DNA of 64,000 bases, taken from NCBI RefSeq assembly GCF_902713615.1, contig NC_052150.1:176706107-176770106 (forward strand). The letters run 5' to 3'. Within the stretch, counting starts at the first letter, position 1. Every line of letters begins with the position of its first letter. This stretch comes from Scyliorhinus canicula. Lineage: Eukaryota. The translations under genes and the position numbers were made by a program. The notes under the pieces are model-generated. The model made no database searches and was not told the origin of the DNA. It was given only the letters and a program-made list of their open reading frames with translations. This document shows, piece after piece, positions 12,455-25,234 of this stretch.

Positions 12455-13250
12455 GAAAAACGGTGCGGAGTTCGCCACGTCCGTGATTGATACTCGGGAG
12501 GCTGACAAGCTGCAGCCGCATATATACACATCACTCCCCACACACACTTATCCCAGCCAACAAGATGGCACTGGTTACATTGGAGTGTGCGCATCCCGAT
12601 GATGGGTCAGCTGGGGCCAGAGGGCACCTAGGGGGGTGGCCTGGGAGAACACCAATAGGACCTGTGGCCCTAAGTTCGCAGTGGGCTGTTTGCAGCGTGT
12701 GCAGTTGCATGGCTGCCTGGCCGACTGCGGCAATGGTGTTCCATGCCTGTCCATCCCAATTCCACAGCTTATCTCCTCCCCCCCCCCCCCCCCCCCCCAC
12801 CCCTACCCCCACCCCACCCCCCGCTACTCTTCCTGGCCCTGGCAGTAGCCCCCCGGCCAGCAGCACAACTGTCTGAAAACTATAACGATGTTGGACACTT
12901 TCCGTACTCCCTCTCTCTCCCTCTGCAGCCATCATGCTGGTTTCACAATATTCAGCAAGACAAGTGAACCGCGCAATCGGGAACTTGGTCCATTGGAGGT
13001 GAAGCTTCGAAGAGGCTCCGGAGAATACCGGGTCAGGCCTGCTAATGATATGCAGACGGTGTTTACTATACGTGTGTTCCGGTGCACATTGATTCTGCTG
13101 TTGAGGTGACGGAGAATTGCGATTTGGTGTTAAATCGGCACCCGACATGATTTTAATGTCGTAACCTATCTCCGCCAATCGCGTTTTGTGATTTTGGAGT
13201 CAGCCAATGGAGAACTCTGCCCATAATCTCCCAGCCGGAGAATCCAGCCC
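12455..13250. mobile_element. Harbinger-type non-autonomous element remnant
   Basis: Ends in GGAGAATCCAGCCC; right part is homologous to 34836-35133 (GCTAAT..TATG....GGTGTTTAC core). Confidence 0.65.
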
Positions 13251-13467
13251 AAGGTATTTGTAGTCATAGGTAATTCAACAATATGTATGTATTAACTCCT
13301 GGAAGCTATATACAGAGATACAGTAAAGCTCCAAGCTAGCAGGTGTTTCCATGCTTACTTTTACACATGGCTCTGTCCACTCACCCCTACGTGCAGGTCA
13401 GGCGCCCCTTACCTCACTCTGGGGGTAATGTAGTCAGCCCCACATTAACTCTTTATGTGCCAGACTC

Positions 13468-14220
13468 TTATTCTACAGTAAGTAGTAGAAGATTGGAAAG
13501 AGGAGGAGTGGGACAAATTAGGGACCAAAAAAGGGGTTTACGCATGGAGACAGAGGACATGGCCAAGGTACTAAACAAAATACTTTGCATCTGTCTTGAT
13601 AGATGAAGAATGTTCCACCAAAGATATAGGGCAGGATTTTTGGATGCTGGGGTTTCCCAGCCCACTAGCCAAAGTGTCCGTGGGGAATGCAACTCCATTA
13701 ATGCTGGCTCTGCACAGCAATTTAATGCTACAGACTGGTTGGCAGGCAGCTCCAAAGTCCCAGCAGCACCAGAGGTGTGGTGGCCAGGCCTGTGCCTACA
13801 TGCAGTTCCCAGATTCAATATCCCAGAGTCCAGGATCAGATATATGTGGGTGGTGTCATGGCAGGGAGAAGAGTGAGGTTCAAACAGGGTGTGGTAGAGT
13901 TGGTGGGGTGTGGGAGTCTTGATGGGAAGGCCAAGGAGGGGAAAGAGCACCAATGGGGGATGGGGAGGGGGTTGAGGAATATGTTGGGGGGGTCTCTAAT
14001 GTAGAAATTAGGTCGTTCAAAGGGTGGCCACCCCTACCCCTTCCTGTCCTGAGCCTTAGCAGGGTGACTTTATGGACATCTAAGATCAGTGCTGTTCTTA
14101 ACCTATATTAATGACTTAGACTTGGGTGTGCAAGGCACCATTTCAAAATTTGGAGATGACCCAAAACTTGAAAGTAATGTTAATTGTAAGGAAGAAAGTG
14201 GTAGAGGACATAGGTTGGTA
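13468..14220 (+). mobile_element. CR1 LINE ORF2 fragments (13468-13600 and 14080-14220) split by a Harbinger-like insert
   Basis: GGVGQIRDQKRGL...EDMAKVLN; FLTYINDLDLGVQGTISKFGDDPKL (RT); GGGCAGGATTTT at 13628. Confidence 0.75.
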
Positions 14221-14239
14221 GAAGATATGGCAAATGAAA

Positions 14240-15490
14240 ATTCACCAGTCGCGCCTGGCTCCCTGCCGGGCGCAATGCCATGGCTGAATTGCGCCCATAA
14301 GCACTGTGCGTATTTTAGAGGGTGGCATAGAGGTGAGATCTGCGCACAGTGAGCCCTGGGGCACAAGGGGGCTGCAGAAAGGGTTGAGAAAAGGTAGTAG
14401 AGGTGCCAGCTTACTAGAGCAGTTGGACGAGTTCTGCTGCAAGGGACTCAGATGAGGACTTTGATGGATTAGCATACAGATAAAGGCTGTTGGGCAAGCA
14501 TGCAGAAATATTTGATATGGTTTCAACTTGGCACAGGGATTTCTACAGAGCTTGGAGTTCATACTTTTCAACTTGGCAATGGTGGCCAATACTATTAGAA
14601 CTCTTTCAGACCTGACCGGTTTCAATGCCCAATAGTTGAAGATATAGATTCCAGTGTAGTACAAGCGGAAGCCACACAATGTCTGACTGCTGCAGTATAC
14701 GCTCAGTCTGAGGTCATCATATATCAGTTTGTTGCTGAGCAGGTTCAGACTGTGCCTATCAGGGAAACAGACCTAAGAGCTCAAACAGTCTTTAATAGTA
14801 TGACAGCACTTCAGCTATCTGTGCTCCAGCATATTACTAGGATTGCTGAGATGCTACTCAGAGGGAGTGACAGTGGTTTAGTGGAACACAAGCCTTCTGC
14901 CCCCTCTCACGATGACACCAGTGCTTCCACCATTACCACTCAACCAATGCCCTTATTTTTCTCCGGCAGCCAGACGTCTCAGACTGCTGCTGCCCAGGCT
15001 GAAGTGGTGTCGTCTGAAACCAGGACCTTTATAACCAAGTGCTCAGGGGCATCTGCAAGGCCACCTGCAATCTCCTCTACTGAAAAACAGCCGCCCTCCA
15101 CCAGCCGTGCTGCAGCCATTGGGGTAGCACAATATGGGAGCACTAGACGAGACAGAGGCACATTGAAGGTAGGCAGTAAGTGAATGCACAAGGGTGGTTA
15201 GATTCATTTTGTATGGAATATTGGATGGTTTATTTGTTAAAGTTGCTTGAGAATAGGTGTCTATGGTGGTGTCTATTTCAGCGTTATGACCAAAATGATG
15301 CTGTGATAGTCTATAATGGAAGGAGGATAAGGCGCGACTGATGGGGATTTTGGGTTGTCCTCAGTGGAACTGTAGTAGAATGAAGAAATTATGGGCATCT
15401 AGCCACAAAGTAGATGTATTCCTCCTCTTTTCCTCCTTATCTTCCTTCCCCTCTTAACCTTCCTCCTCTACTTTCTCCTCTTCATCGCCA
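14240..15490 (+). mobile_element. Old Harbinger-like relic (Myb-like gene 3' part and convergent acidic tail)
   Basis: Low-complexity S/T/P/A ORF remnant ending in basic residues, then a minus-strand Glu-rich tract at 15420-15490; layout resembles 37130-38250. Confidence 0.35.
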
Positions 15491-15504
15491 CCCAAACTGA
15501 TTCT

Positions 15505-15925
15505 ACATCTCACCATTCAATAAGATCGTGACTTATCTGGTTATGGTCCCAACTCCACTTTCTTGTCTGTCCCCCATTACCCTTGAGTCCTTTGTCTATT
15601 AAAAATCTATTTAACTCCGCATTGAATAAACCCAATAACCTAGCCTCTTCTGCTTTCTGGGTAGGGAATCCAGCAGATTAATGGCCTTCTGAGAGAAATA
15701 AAATGCTGCTCATCTCGGTATTAAAGGGAGACCTAGTCTTAAACGATGCCCCCTAATTCCAGTCTCCCCCACAAGAGGAAACATCCTCCTGGTATCTATC
15801 CTATGAAATCCCGTCAGGACCTTATATGTTTCAATAAGATCACCTCTCATTCTTCTAAACTCCGATGGCTGTGGACCCAACCTGTTCAACCGTTCTTCAT
15901 AAGATAAGCCTTCATTCCAGGAGGG
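15505..15925 (-). mobile_element. CR1 LINE 3' fragment
   Basis: GLSYEERLNRLG...EFRRMRGDLIETYKVL...FPL. Confidence 0.88.
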
Positions 15926-16213
15926 CACTACCTTCTACCTATTAACCTTGTTTGTCAATTTGCTTTAGCTAGCTCTGCCTTCATACCATTCACTGACTTT
16001 AACCAACTCTAAAAATCACTAAGTATTTCTATAAACTCAAACATTGCCAGTAAAAAGTAATAAGTAACTAAACTACAAGTTTCTGATTGCCTCTTTAAAT
16101 TAAGCTGATGGGGGTGGGGATGGTGGGGTGGGTAGGAGTTGAGTGGGGCGGGGCGGGTGGAGTTGGAGCCCTTCTTACCACTGAACACGTATTTTGCTGT
16201 GCGTGTTTAACAG

Positions 16214-16669
16214 AGTGTTAGCTGGAGCAGTGAGATTACAAACACTAGCTCTGGCATCACAGCAGCATTGCATGCTGACTGACTGTAGACAATTGGACGT
16301 CACCATTTACACACTTCTGGCACATGCTTCTAACACCTTTGCTGACGCCCTTACAAAGAAGCCACTTGGCATGTGTCCAGTTTTGCAGCCCTGCTGTTTC
16401 ATTCCCAATCCTCTTCCAGCAAAGGTGTTGCCAGCTGCTGCTTTTTTGTTTGCAACAAAAAAATTGTTCAGCATGAGAATTTCCTTGGCCATTTTGATAG
16501 CGCTCTTAGATTTGAAGACGAAATGCGAGTGTGGTTGCACATGTGATATATTGCACCCACATCACGCTTATTCCAAGAGTTGTGTGTTCACACTTAGCTG
16601 CACTCATTTTGGCTTTCTGTGCTTCACGAGGGCTGTGGTCACTACTGTCGCCTGGAGCATTACCTTCAG
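16214..16669 (+). other. Candidate exon (456 bp, open, phase 2-2) in unique sequence
   Basis: Acceptor GTGTTTAACAG| and donor CAG|GTAAAT; one frame has no stop across the interval; no clear family match. Confidence 0.3.
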
Positions 16670-17205
16670 GTAAATTTCATCACAAGGACACTTTTCCCCT
16701 TAGTTAGAAAATTACCAAATTATATTTCTACATCATTAGAAACATCCAAGCCATGAACAGGGTTACTGTACTGGCTGAATCAATTGATCTTCAATACCAT
16801 AATGGGTCAAAGCACATGACAGAAGAATTGTCTGCCCAAGGAAACACTTTATTCATGTCCAGGTAACAGTGGTGTGAGGGGACCCAGCTTTCATGGCGAT
16901 TCTGTGCTTTATCCTGAAGAGGTTCCCTTATTTCTGTTTCACTTTTTGCAGAAGAGGTTCAAAGCCCCATAATAGAATTTGAAATGTTTTCAGGTAGATG
17001 TGCGCTGATGAAAAACCTTGCAATTGAAATTGGAAACAATAGTTAAATTGCCATCCTCTTTAAGTTGCAGCAGGTTTTTAAATCCTGATGTAACAGCAAC
17101 AAGTTGAACTTATAGAGTTCCTTTTCCATTGAAAATTGTTTCCAGGTGCTTCATAAAGCCTTAATCAGAAATAAATGGATGCCAGATCGAGGAAGGAAAT
17201 ATTAA

Positions 17206-17303
17206 CGGTGGGATTTTCTGATCAATTGACTTTTGGCCACATTCCAAATTTTCCGTCCCACTCACGACAATGCCTGCTGCTGGAAAACTGGAAAATCCTG
17301 GCC
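17206..17303. mobile_element. Tiny (98-bp) Harbinger-type MITE
   Basis: CGGTGGGATTTTC ... GAAAATCCTGGCC with TSD TAA. Confidence 0.7.
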
Positions 17304-17367
17304 TAAGAGAGATGACTAAAGGATTGGCCATGTACCATCTTCACTTCTACTCCCCTCCACTCATGGG

Positions 17368-17530
17368 ATCAAAGTCCTGGAACTCCCTTCCGAACAGCAC
17401 TGTGGGTGTACATATGTGACATAGATCACAGCAGTTCAAGATGGTGGTTCACCAGTATCTTCTAAAGGGAAATTTGAATGGGAAATAAATGCTGGCTTAG
17501 CCAGTGATGCCGGATCCTGTGAAAGAGTAA
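17368..17530 (+). mobile_element. 3' tail of the CR1/L2-group LINE also present at 22125-24475
   Basis: TCCTGGAACTCCCT...CAGCAGTTCAAG...AATAAATGCTGGC. Confidence 0.7.
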
Positions 17531-18402
17531 AAACAATGTAGCGCCAGACCTTATTAGTCTTATTTGTTCCTTCTCATTTGTTATGCACCTTGCCAATTGC
17601 CCTGTCCGCACTCTGACTTTTTTGAATCACTCTGAGGTGTGTGTGAGGGTGTTCCTAAGGTGGACAGTCTTCCTTATTGTCTCTGCTAACTTGGAAAATC
17701 CCTGTACAAAGTGTTAAGATCCCGGACCAGACCCCAATGTTTGTTAGGCTACCGGACAAGAACCCCAAACACTTCATTAAATTTGTAAAAGTATGAGGAA
17801 AAGATACTTCGTCCAGATTGATTCCACTGACAAAAAGGGATATGGTATATTAAAACAAACTTTATTATTATCACAGGATTCAACTACATTAACAGAACAG
17901 AAATTAACAGTTGAGACAATCCTGAACAATAAAGAGGAATAACCTTAAATTCTAATTGATACCTTCTCTATTTCCATTAAGGTAAAACCTAACACAGGTA
18001 AAAAGCTACTTATGAATAAAGTTAGCAAACACAGGGATATTTGATGTACACTTGAATAGACATTTCTTGGAAAGACTGCTTGAAGATAGAGAGATCCTGT
18101 CAGGAAACAGCCGGGGGTAGTATTATCCATCCCGCTGCACCAGTTTCCTGGTGCGGCACTCCCCCGCTGGCAGTGAGTTTCTCCAGCCGGCCAATGGGGT
18201 TTCCCATTGTGGGCAGCCCCACGCCATTGGAAAATCCCCGGACGTGGGTGCGCTGCTGACGTAATGCAGAATTCAAACCCTGGTCTATGTCAGAAGACTG
18301 CTTAACCTGACATACAGCCTTTGACAAAAGCAGCTGCTCGACTCAAAGGTCCCAGCAAAACTAAAAACTGCTACAGACTTGGATCCTCCCATTAATTACA
18401 TT

Positions 18403-19075
18403 GGGTGCAATTCTCCCAAACGAATTCTACGTTCATTTGTGGCGGGTTTTTCAGGGAGTTTTCCGCCAGCACTTAGTTACTTTTTTGGGCCCTGGGGAGT
18501 TTCTCACCGGTTTAGCCCATACTTAGAATTATTTTTCGCACTGGGGAGTTAAACTCATAGATTGGGCCACCATTTTGAAAGGGTGCTCCGATCTTTAAGT
18601 GAGCTTGTGGGTTCCTCACATTCCCCACCCATGGGCAATGTCACCCCCCATACACGCGGGCATTACCCCAAGTCAAGACACCACATTATGGGGTCCCCTT
18701 CAGGCCCCCCCAGGCCCACTTACAAGCCCCTCCCCTTCCAGGACCCCCACCCGTCACCCAAACCTCCCAGAGGCCCCTACTTACCCTGCACTCCTTCATC
18801 CTTCAACCTCTTTTCATGTGCATGACACCCCTCGGGTCCTGACCCTTGGCAGTTTCATCCTAGCACCCGGGTAGTGCTTCTGCCAGCTTGCCAGTGCCAC
18901 CCAGGCACTTTGGCAATTCCAGGGTGGCGGTGATAAGGTGCCAGCTGGGCAGTACCAATGTGCTCAGGTTCTAAGGGGAAGGCCAGGAAGCTACCATGCA
19001 CTGACACATCACCCAGAGATTTCCAATGGCTTGGCAGACCCCCTGGGTGCCATTCTGCCTGGTCCACGTTTGTCT
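18403..19075. mobile_element. Degenerate Harbinger-type non-autonomous element
   Basis: GGGTGCAATTCTCC terminus; internal GTGCCA/GGCA repeats like those at 3620-3930. Confidence 0.5.
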
Positions 19076-20693
19076 CAAATTATCTACTCCCAGGGAATCT
19101 CTAGCAATCATAACAAAATTCTATCAAGCCTATTTTGCAAACATATTCATGGTTTGAAATGAATGATGATCTCACCTTTTAATTATACCTTCTGCAGCTA
19201 GTGTCTGGAAACCTTAACCTAGTTTATTTAATAATAACACTGCACCGGATATCTATACCTGAACTCAGGCATTAAACACATTGCTGTAGCAGATATCAAA
19301 TACAAATATACATAGCAATTTATTTTATTCATCACAGAAGTTACATTTCTTCTAAGAAAATATCCAGATTTTTTTTTAAATCGAAGGGGTGTGTTCCACC
19401 TGAACCCTCTTAGACCCTTCCATTGTAGGCTTTTCAGATCTGTTTCACCCACAAAATATTAGTTAGAAGTGGAGCAATGCCAGTGCTGTCCAGAAGAAAT
19501 TCTGGAGAAGAAATTCTGTTCCTGCCAATCAGAACACACACAGCCCTTACGGAAAATGAACACCAGTTGTATTTATGAGTCAACTTCATTGAACTATGTG
19601 AGGTCAGATCACCAGGCTGGTTGCCGAACGTTATCTGGGAAAACTGTGATCCAGCATTGCAGCTAGGATTGCTGAATTAACTTCCACATCCTCACTTTAA
19701 ATTCCACAAAGGCTCTCTGATCTCCCACTGTAACTTCAGCAGGAACTCTAACAAAATGGCACAATCAGTCATTTTCAGCCATTTCACTGAGGATTCTGCC
19801 AATCTCTGTCTGCTAATATTGTGATTGAATAAAAGGAAATCCCTTGGATATTCATGGGCCATGTTATAGTGAAGTTTCTAAAAGCATATTCACTCCTACT
19901 ACGACTAATACACCAATCATATTGTCAGTAATGTTTTCTGATCAGGTAAGGGGGGGTCAAATGTTCTCCCCTTTTCCCACTCCTCGTTTGTCCACAGCAG
20001 TTGAAAAAGACATACGTGTCAATTTACTGAGTCCTTAACCATTTACGCTGTGACCATAAAAGAACCAATCGGACAGGTTTTCTTTAGTTTAACAAAGAAA
20101 TAGTTTAACAACGTAATGAATCTAAGGAAATTAACAAAATATGCTATGACCTTTGCAGACACACACTCAAAATTTACATTCCCAGACATGCACACACTCA
20201 GATATAAATTACAGAGTGAGCAACATTAGGTTGGCCAAATCACAGTGCATAGAATGTAAAAGGAATATACAGTCTGGAGTTTGGTGACTTGGCTGGCTTC
20301 AGGTCGCAATGCTTCCGGTCGAAGCAGCTGATTTGGTTGTTCTTGTAAAGACGGTCGTGCTGTGTTGAATTCCTTAAAGAAGTCTCTGTTTGGAGTATGG
20401 GTGTCGCTGGATGGCCATGCTCAGCAAACAGGGTTTGAAGCTTGCAAGTTGGGCTGGAGAGGGAGGCAGGCAGGACTGCACTCGGATCTTTTCACTCAGC
20501 ATCTCAGCTCCTTGGCTTCAGTTCTGTAGCAGTTCTGTAGAGAAAACAACCGCTTAAATGTACAAAGGATTGGCTTGTCACATGATGTCTTAAGGGCATT
20601 GTCAGCGTATTCAAAAGGTAACTTAATTAGATCATGTCTGGAAGATTCTCGCTTTATCGCAGGTACTAGCTTTTACTGATATATGTTTTAGAT

Positions 20694-21091
20694 CAGGGGT
20701 GGGCAAACTTTTCCGTGCAAGGGCCGCATTCAGAAATTCACAATTCACAAAGGGCCGCATAGTATATTAAGTAAAATAATTACTTCACCCGGTTATGATT
20801 CTGGGCGCCTCATATAGAACATAGAACAGTACAGCACAGAACAGGCCCTTTGGCCCTCGACGTTGTGCCAAGCAATGATCACCCTACTCAAGTCAATGTA
20901 TCCACCCTATGCCAGTAAGTAATCCAACAGCCCCCCCACCCATTAACCTTTAAAAAAAAAATTTTAAAAAAAAAAAAATTTTTTTTTTTAGAAAAATTTT
21001 TTTTTTTTTTTTTTTTTAATGACTTGGTGGGCCGCAGAAATACCTTTGGCGGGCCGCATGCGGCCCGCGGGCCGTAGTTTGCCCACCCCTG
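20694..21091. mobile_element. hAT (Charlie-type) MITE
   Basis: Perfect 16-bp TIR CAGGGGTGGGCAAACT; exact 8-bp TSD TTTTAGAT; subterminal GGGCCGCA repeats. Confidence 0.95.
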
Positions 21092-22251
21092 TTTTAGATG
21101 ATATGGAGCTGGCTGTGCTGAGTAATTCTGTGAATTCCACAGTATTCTTTGGTCAGGCAAGTGAAGATTTGTCCCTGCTTGAGCTCATCCAAGTGCTAGT
21201 TATATTTTAGATCTCAGCTAAACTCTAAGTAGATAATTAATTCTTCACTGATGTTAAAAGGTTGAAAAAAGCAGAACACCAACACACTGCACCTTTGCGC
21301 CAGACAGTAAATGGGTCATTAAGTCAAATAGCTGATCATCTATTGAGTGAGCAGTACAATTCTGCGCTGTTTAAATATTATGTGAATTGAAATCTTGGTA
21401 CCAAACATGTTCTTGAAATGATTATAAGACGCCCAGTGATGGCATTGAACTTAATGATCACCAACACAAAGATAATGCTGTGGAACTATTTTGACTCCTG
21501 ATCTGTGTTGTGTCTGTTATGTTCCCTTTTGCTCGATAACTACTCAGATCGAGCTTTAAAAGTCTGTTGGGTTATTTAGTAAGATTTTTAAAATTGCTAT
21601 ATTGTTCTGGTTAAAGGAACACACAAGTTTTGTTTGTGGTAGGGGTCCTGTATAATAACATCATTACCTTGTTTTTTAATCAACAGTCCGTTCCTCATTC
21701 TGTAGCAGTTAGTTTGCTCTTGTTCCTCCATGGCTCCATCAGATTTCATTAAATCTGTATTGGTTCATCCGCACAGCCACCAAAGTAAACAAAAACAAAA
21801 GACAAATAAAAATAGTAACACATGGAGTAATAGTGGTTTTGTTTTGTATCCCGTAACCAAGCGACTTGACAATTACAGTTAACTCCTGATAAGTCGATGT
21901 TGCGTACAACATCAAAAAAATTAAAAAGGTCCAATAATGTGAATAATGTGGCAAAGTTGGGATAGAGCAATTCCATTCCTGTGTAAGACTGGCTATTCAA
22001 AAGCAGGATTTTGTATTGGTGCCCTTTTTGCACCAGTCCCAAAGTTTCTTCTTGGACTGCAGTGAGGCAGAAGAAGTTTAAACTACTTTGTGGCGCATGT
22101 CACAATTTAGATGCCTCAGGGATTCTTTATTCTTTCACAGGGTTTGGGTGTATCTGGCGAGGCCAACGTTTATTGCCTGTCTCTAATTTCCCATGAGAAG
22201 GTGGTGGTGAGCTGCCTTTTTAAACCACTGCAAGATCGATCTTGAACCACT

Positions 22252-23111
22252 TGTTGCTTGTTATGCTCTCCTTAATTTGCTGTTTTAATTACGTTTGCTC
22301 AAGAGTCGCCAGGTATCTCTTTGATACCGCCACAAGGTTCAAAACCGAATACTGATCAAAGACTCGATACACCAGTTAGTAAGTTTGAAATCAATGCACA
22401 TTTATTTACACACACAGTCAATTATACTCATGCACAAACTCTACTCACTAAACTACAACTACGACTAAAAGCTGATACGTAGCTTCGGGTGCCCACTCAG
22501 TCAGAGGAACAATGGCCGTTGTCCGGTTCTGATACTGCTGGCATCAAACTGGTATATAATAGTAGCGAGGAGCGCCTATCTCGTAGTCTGCGTTGACCTT
22601 AGACTTACTTGTCTGGTGCTGGGCGGGTCTCTCGTCGCTGAGAGCCAAGGCCAAGATGAAGGAGAAGAAGAAGAAGAAGAAGAGAGCGATCTGTCTTGGG
22701 GGCTCCTCTTTATACCCCAAAGGGGCTTCGCGCCCTTTTGGGCGGGCCTTGAACGTGGCCCCAATTAATTGGACCATGTCCTAATTGTTTGTATTGGTTT
22801 TCTCCAATAAAGGGGTCATTGCTTGATCACTGGGCGGGTCCTAGGTGACCGTTGGCCTGCCTTTGTTTTAGTTTCCACTGGCGCCGGGGAGTCTGCACTG
22901 GTACCGATTGCTTAAATGTTTCTCTTTTGTCCCCGGAGATAGCTCATTACTATGCTAATGGCTTATAGTATCGGTTTTGTCCGGGAGCTGCGAACTCCAA
23001 TCCACAGGCAAACCTTGTACCTGCTTGTTTTCTTAGCATTGTCCAATTTTCCCTTTACTCTTTGCAAGTGTCCATTTTGAAATCGGGACGTGGCCACCCC
23101 AGGTGGCTACA
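22252..23111 (-). mobile_element. Solo LTR (860 bp; ERV1- or Gypsy-like)
   Basis: TGTTGC...GCTACA termini; exact 4-bp TSD CACT; minus-strand GGGGTATAAA (22709-22718), CCAAT boxes upstream and AATAAA (22401-22406) downstream. Confidence 0.85.
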
Positions 23112-23172
23112 CACTAGAAAGCAGATATACCCAGAGTGCTGCTAGGGAGGGAGTTCCAGGAGTTTGACCCTT

Positions 23173-23490
23173 TTGGCGGCATGGTTGCACAGTGGCTAGC
23201 ACTGTTGATTCACAGGTCCAGGGTCCCAGGTTTGATTTCCGGCTTGGGTCACTGCCTGTGCGGAGTCTGCACGTTCCCCCTGTCTTGTGTTTTTCCGAGT
23301 GCTCCGTTTTCCTCTCACAGTCCAAAGATGTGCAGGGTAGGTGCATTGGCCATGCTAAATTGCCCTTAGTATCCAAAAAGATTTGGCTACTGGGTTACGG
23401 GGATAGAGTAGAGGTGCACTCTTTCCAGAGGCCGGTGCAGACTTGATGGGCCGAATGGCCTTCTGCACTGTAAATTCTATTAAAAAAAAA
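23173..23490 (+). mobile_element. HE1-type V-SINE, full length
   Basis: tRNA head, V core, CR1-type tail and an A run. Confidence 0.9.
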
Positions 23491-24481
23491 GTGAAAGAAC
23501 GACAATATAATTCAAAATAAGGATGGCATGTGGCTTGGAAGGGAACTTGCAATTGGCAGCGTTCCATGCTGCCCTTGTCTTTCTCGGGGGCTTTAGAAGC
23601 TGCTGCTGAAGGATCTTGGGCGAGTTTCTGCAGAGCATCTGTACATACTGCTGCTACTGTGCATTGCTGGTGGAGGAAGTGAATGTTTGAGGTGGTGGAT
23701 GGGGTGTCAAGCAAGTGGGCTGCTTTGTGCTGGATGGTGTTGAGTTTCTTGAGTGTCATTGGAGGTTTACTCATCCAGGCAAGTGGAGAGTATTTCCTCA
23801 CATAGACTTGCGCCTTGCAAGTGGGGATCGGCTTTTGGGAGTTAGGGGGTGCGTTACTCTCCACGGAATTCCCAGCTTCGGATCTTCTCTTGTATTCATA
23901 TGATTTATTTGGCTAGTTCAGTTCATGAAGGTCAGTGGTAATCTCCATGATGTTGATAGTGGAGCATTCTGCGATGGTAATAGCATTGAATGTCAAGGAG
24001 TGATGGTTTGATTCCCTCTTATTCGAAATGGTCATTGCCTGCACTTGTATGTCACAAAGGCTAATTTCCACTTATCAGCCCGAGTCTGAATATCGTCCAG
24101 GCGTTGCTGCATTTGCTCCAGTATCTGAGCAGTCATGCTGAACATGTTTGCAGATCCCTACTTCAGACCTTATGATGGAAGGGAGGTCATTGATGAAGCA
24201 GCTGAAAATTGTTCTTGTCGAGGGATTGAGGTGATTAACCTTCAAGAACAATTATCACCTGTGCTAGGTTTGACTTCAGCCAGCGTTTCACCAGATTTTC
24301 ATCGACTTCAGTTCTACTCAGGCTCCGTGATGCCACATTCATCAGGTGCTGCCTTGATGTCAAAGACAGTCACTCTCACCTAACCTGCTGAGTTCAGCTC
24401 TGGTTCAAGGTTCAAGGAATGAGATCAGTAGCTGAGTGGCCCTGGCGACACCCAAACTGAGCGCAGTAAGCAGGTTGCTTT

Positions 24482-24846
24482 TATATTCGTTAATGGGATG
24501 TGCGTATCGCAGGCTATACCAGCATTTATTTCCAATCCGTAATACTCTTGAGGTGGGAGTTAAGAATCAAACATATTCCTGTGGGTCTGGAGTCACATGT
24601 AGACCAGACCAGGTAAGGATGGCAGATTTCCTTCCCTAAAGGACATTAGCGATCCAGATGGGTTTTTACTACAATCGACAATGAGTTCATGGTCATCATT
24701 AGATTTTAATTCCAGATTATTATTGAATTCAAATGTCACCATCTGCATTGGTGGGATTTGAACCTGGACCTCTCAGAGCATTACTCCGGGTCTGTGGGTC
24801 TTTGGTTTATTAGTCCAGCGACCCACACTATTCCACCGCCTCCCCC
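24482..24846 (-). mobile_element. tRNA-derived SINE sharing its 3' tail with the CR1/L2-group LINE
   Basis: Head GGGGGAGGCGGTGG...GGTTCAAATCCCACC; tail AATAAATGCTGG matches 17480-17515. Confidence 0.8.
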
Positions 24847-24869
24847 TATATTGTTGCTGAATGCCACTT

Positions 24870-25230
24870 TTAGAAAATAGTTTATCAAAGCATTTAAAAT
24901 TTTAACATTTTAAACAAAGAGATCCAACAAACGCAAAAACCCCACAATAACATAACCATCTCCCCCCAAGCATAAACCCTGACGATCATGGTCCATGTAA
25001 CTACCCCATCTCACGGTTCTCTCTTCATTAGTTCCCTACCTTTATTCGTCACTTCCATGCCTACTCCCCGCTGACGGTCAATTTTCCATGAAGAAGTCAA
25101 TGAACAGCTGCCACCTCCGAGCGAACCCCTGTAATAATGAATCCCTTAAGGCAAACTTGATTTTCTCCAACCTGGGAAACCCTGCCATGTCGCTGACCCA
25201 AACCCCGACTTTGGAGGCTCCGAGACCCTC
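24870..25230 (-). mobile_element. L1/Tx1 3' end fragment
   Basis: C-terminal LEKIKFALRDS motif plus 3' UTR. Confidence 0.7.
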
Positions 25231-25234
25231 CAAC

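Larger units (their letters stand above)
22125..24475 (-). mobile_element. CR1/L2-group LINE 3' region interrupted by a solo LTR and a SINE
   Basis: YKAQV-like ...YSPLAWMS...LKKLNTIQHKAAHLL; RT remnants at 24100-24400; 3' tail at 22125-22250. Confidence 0.8.
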
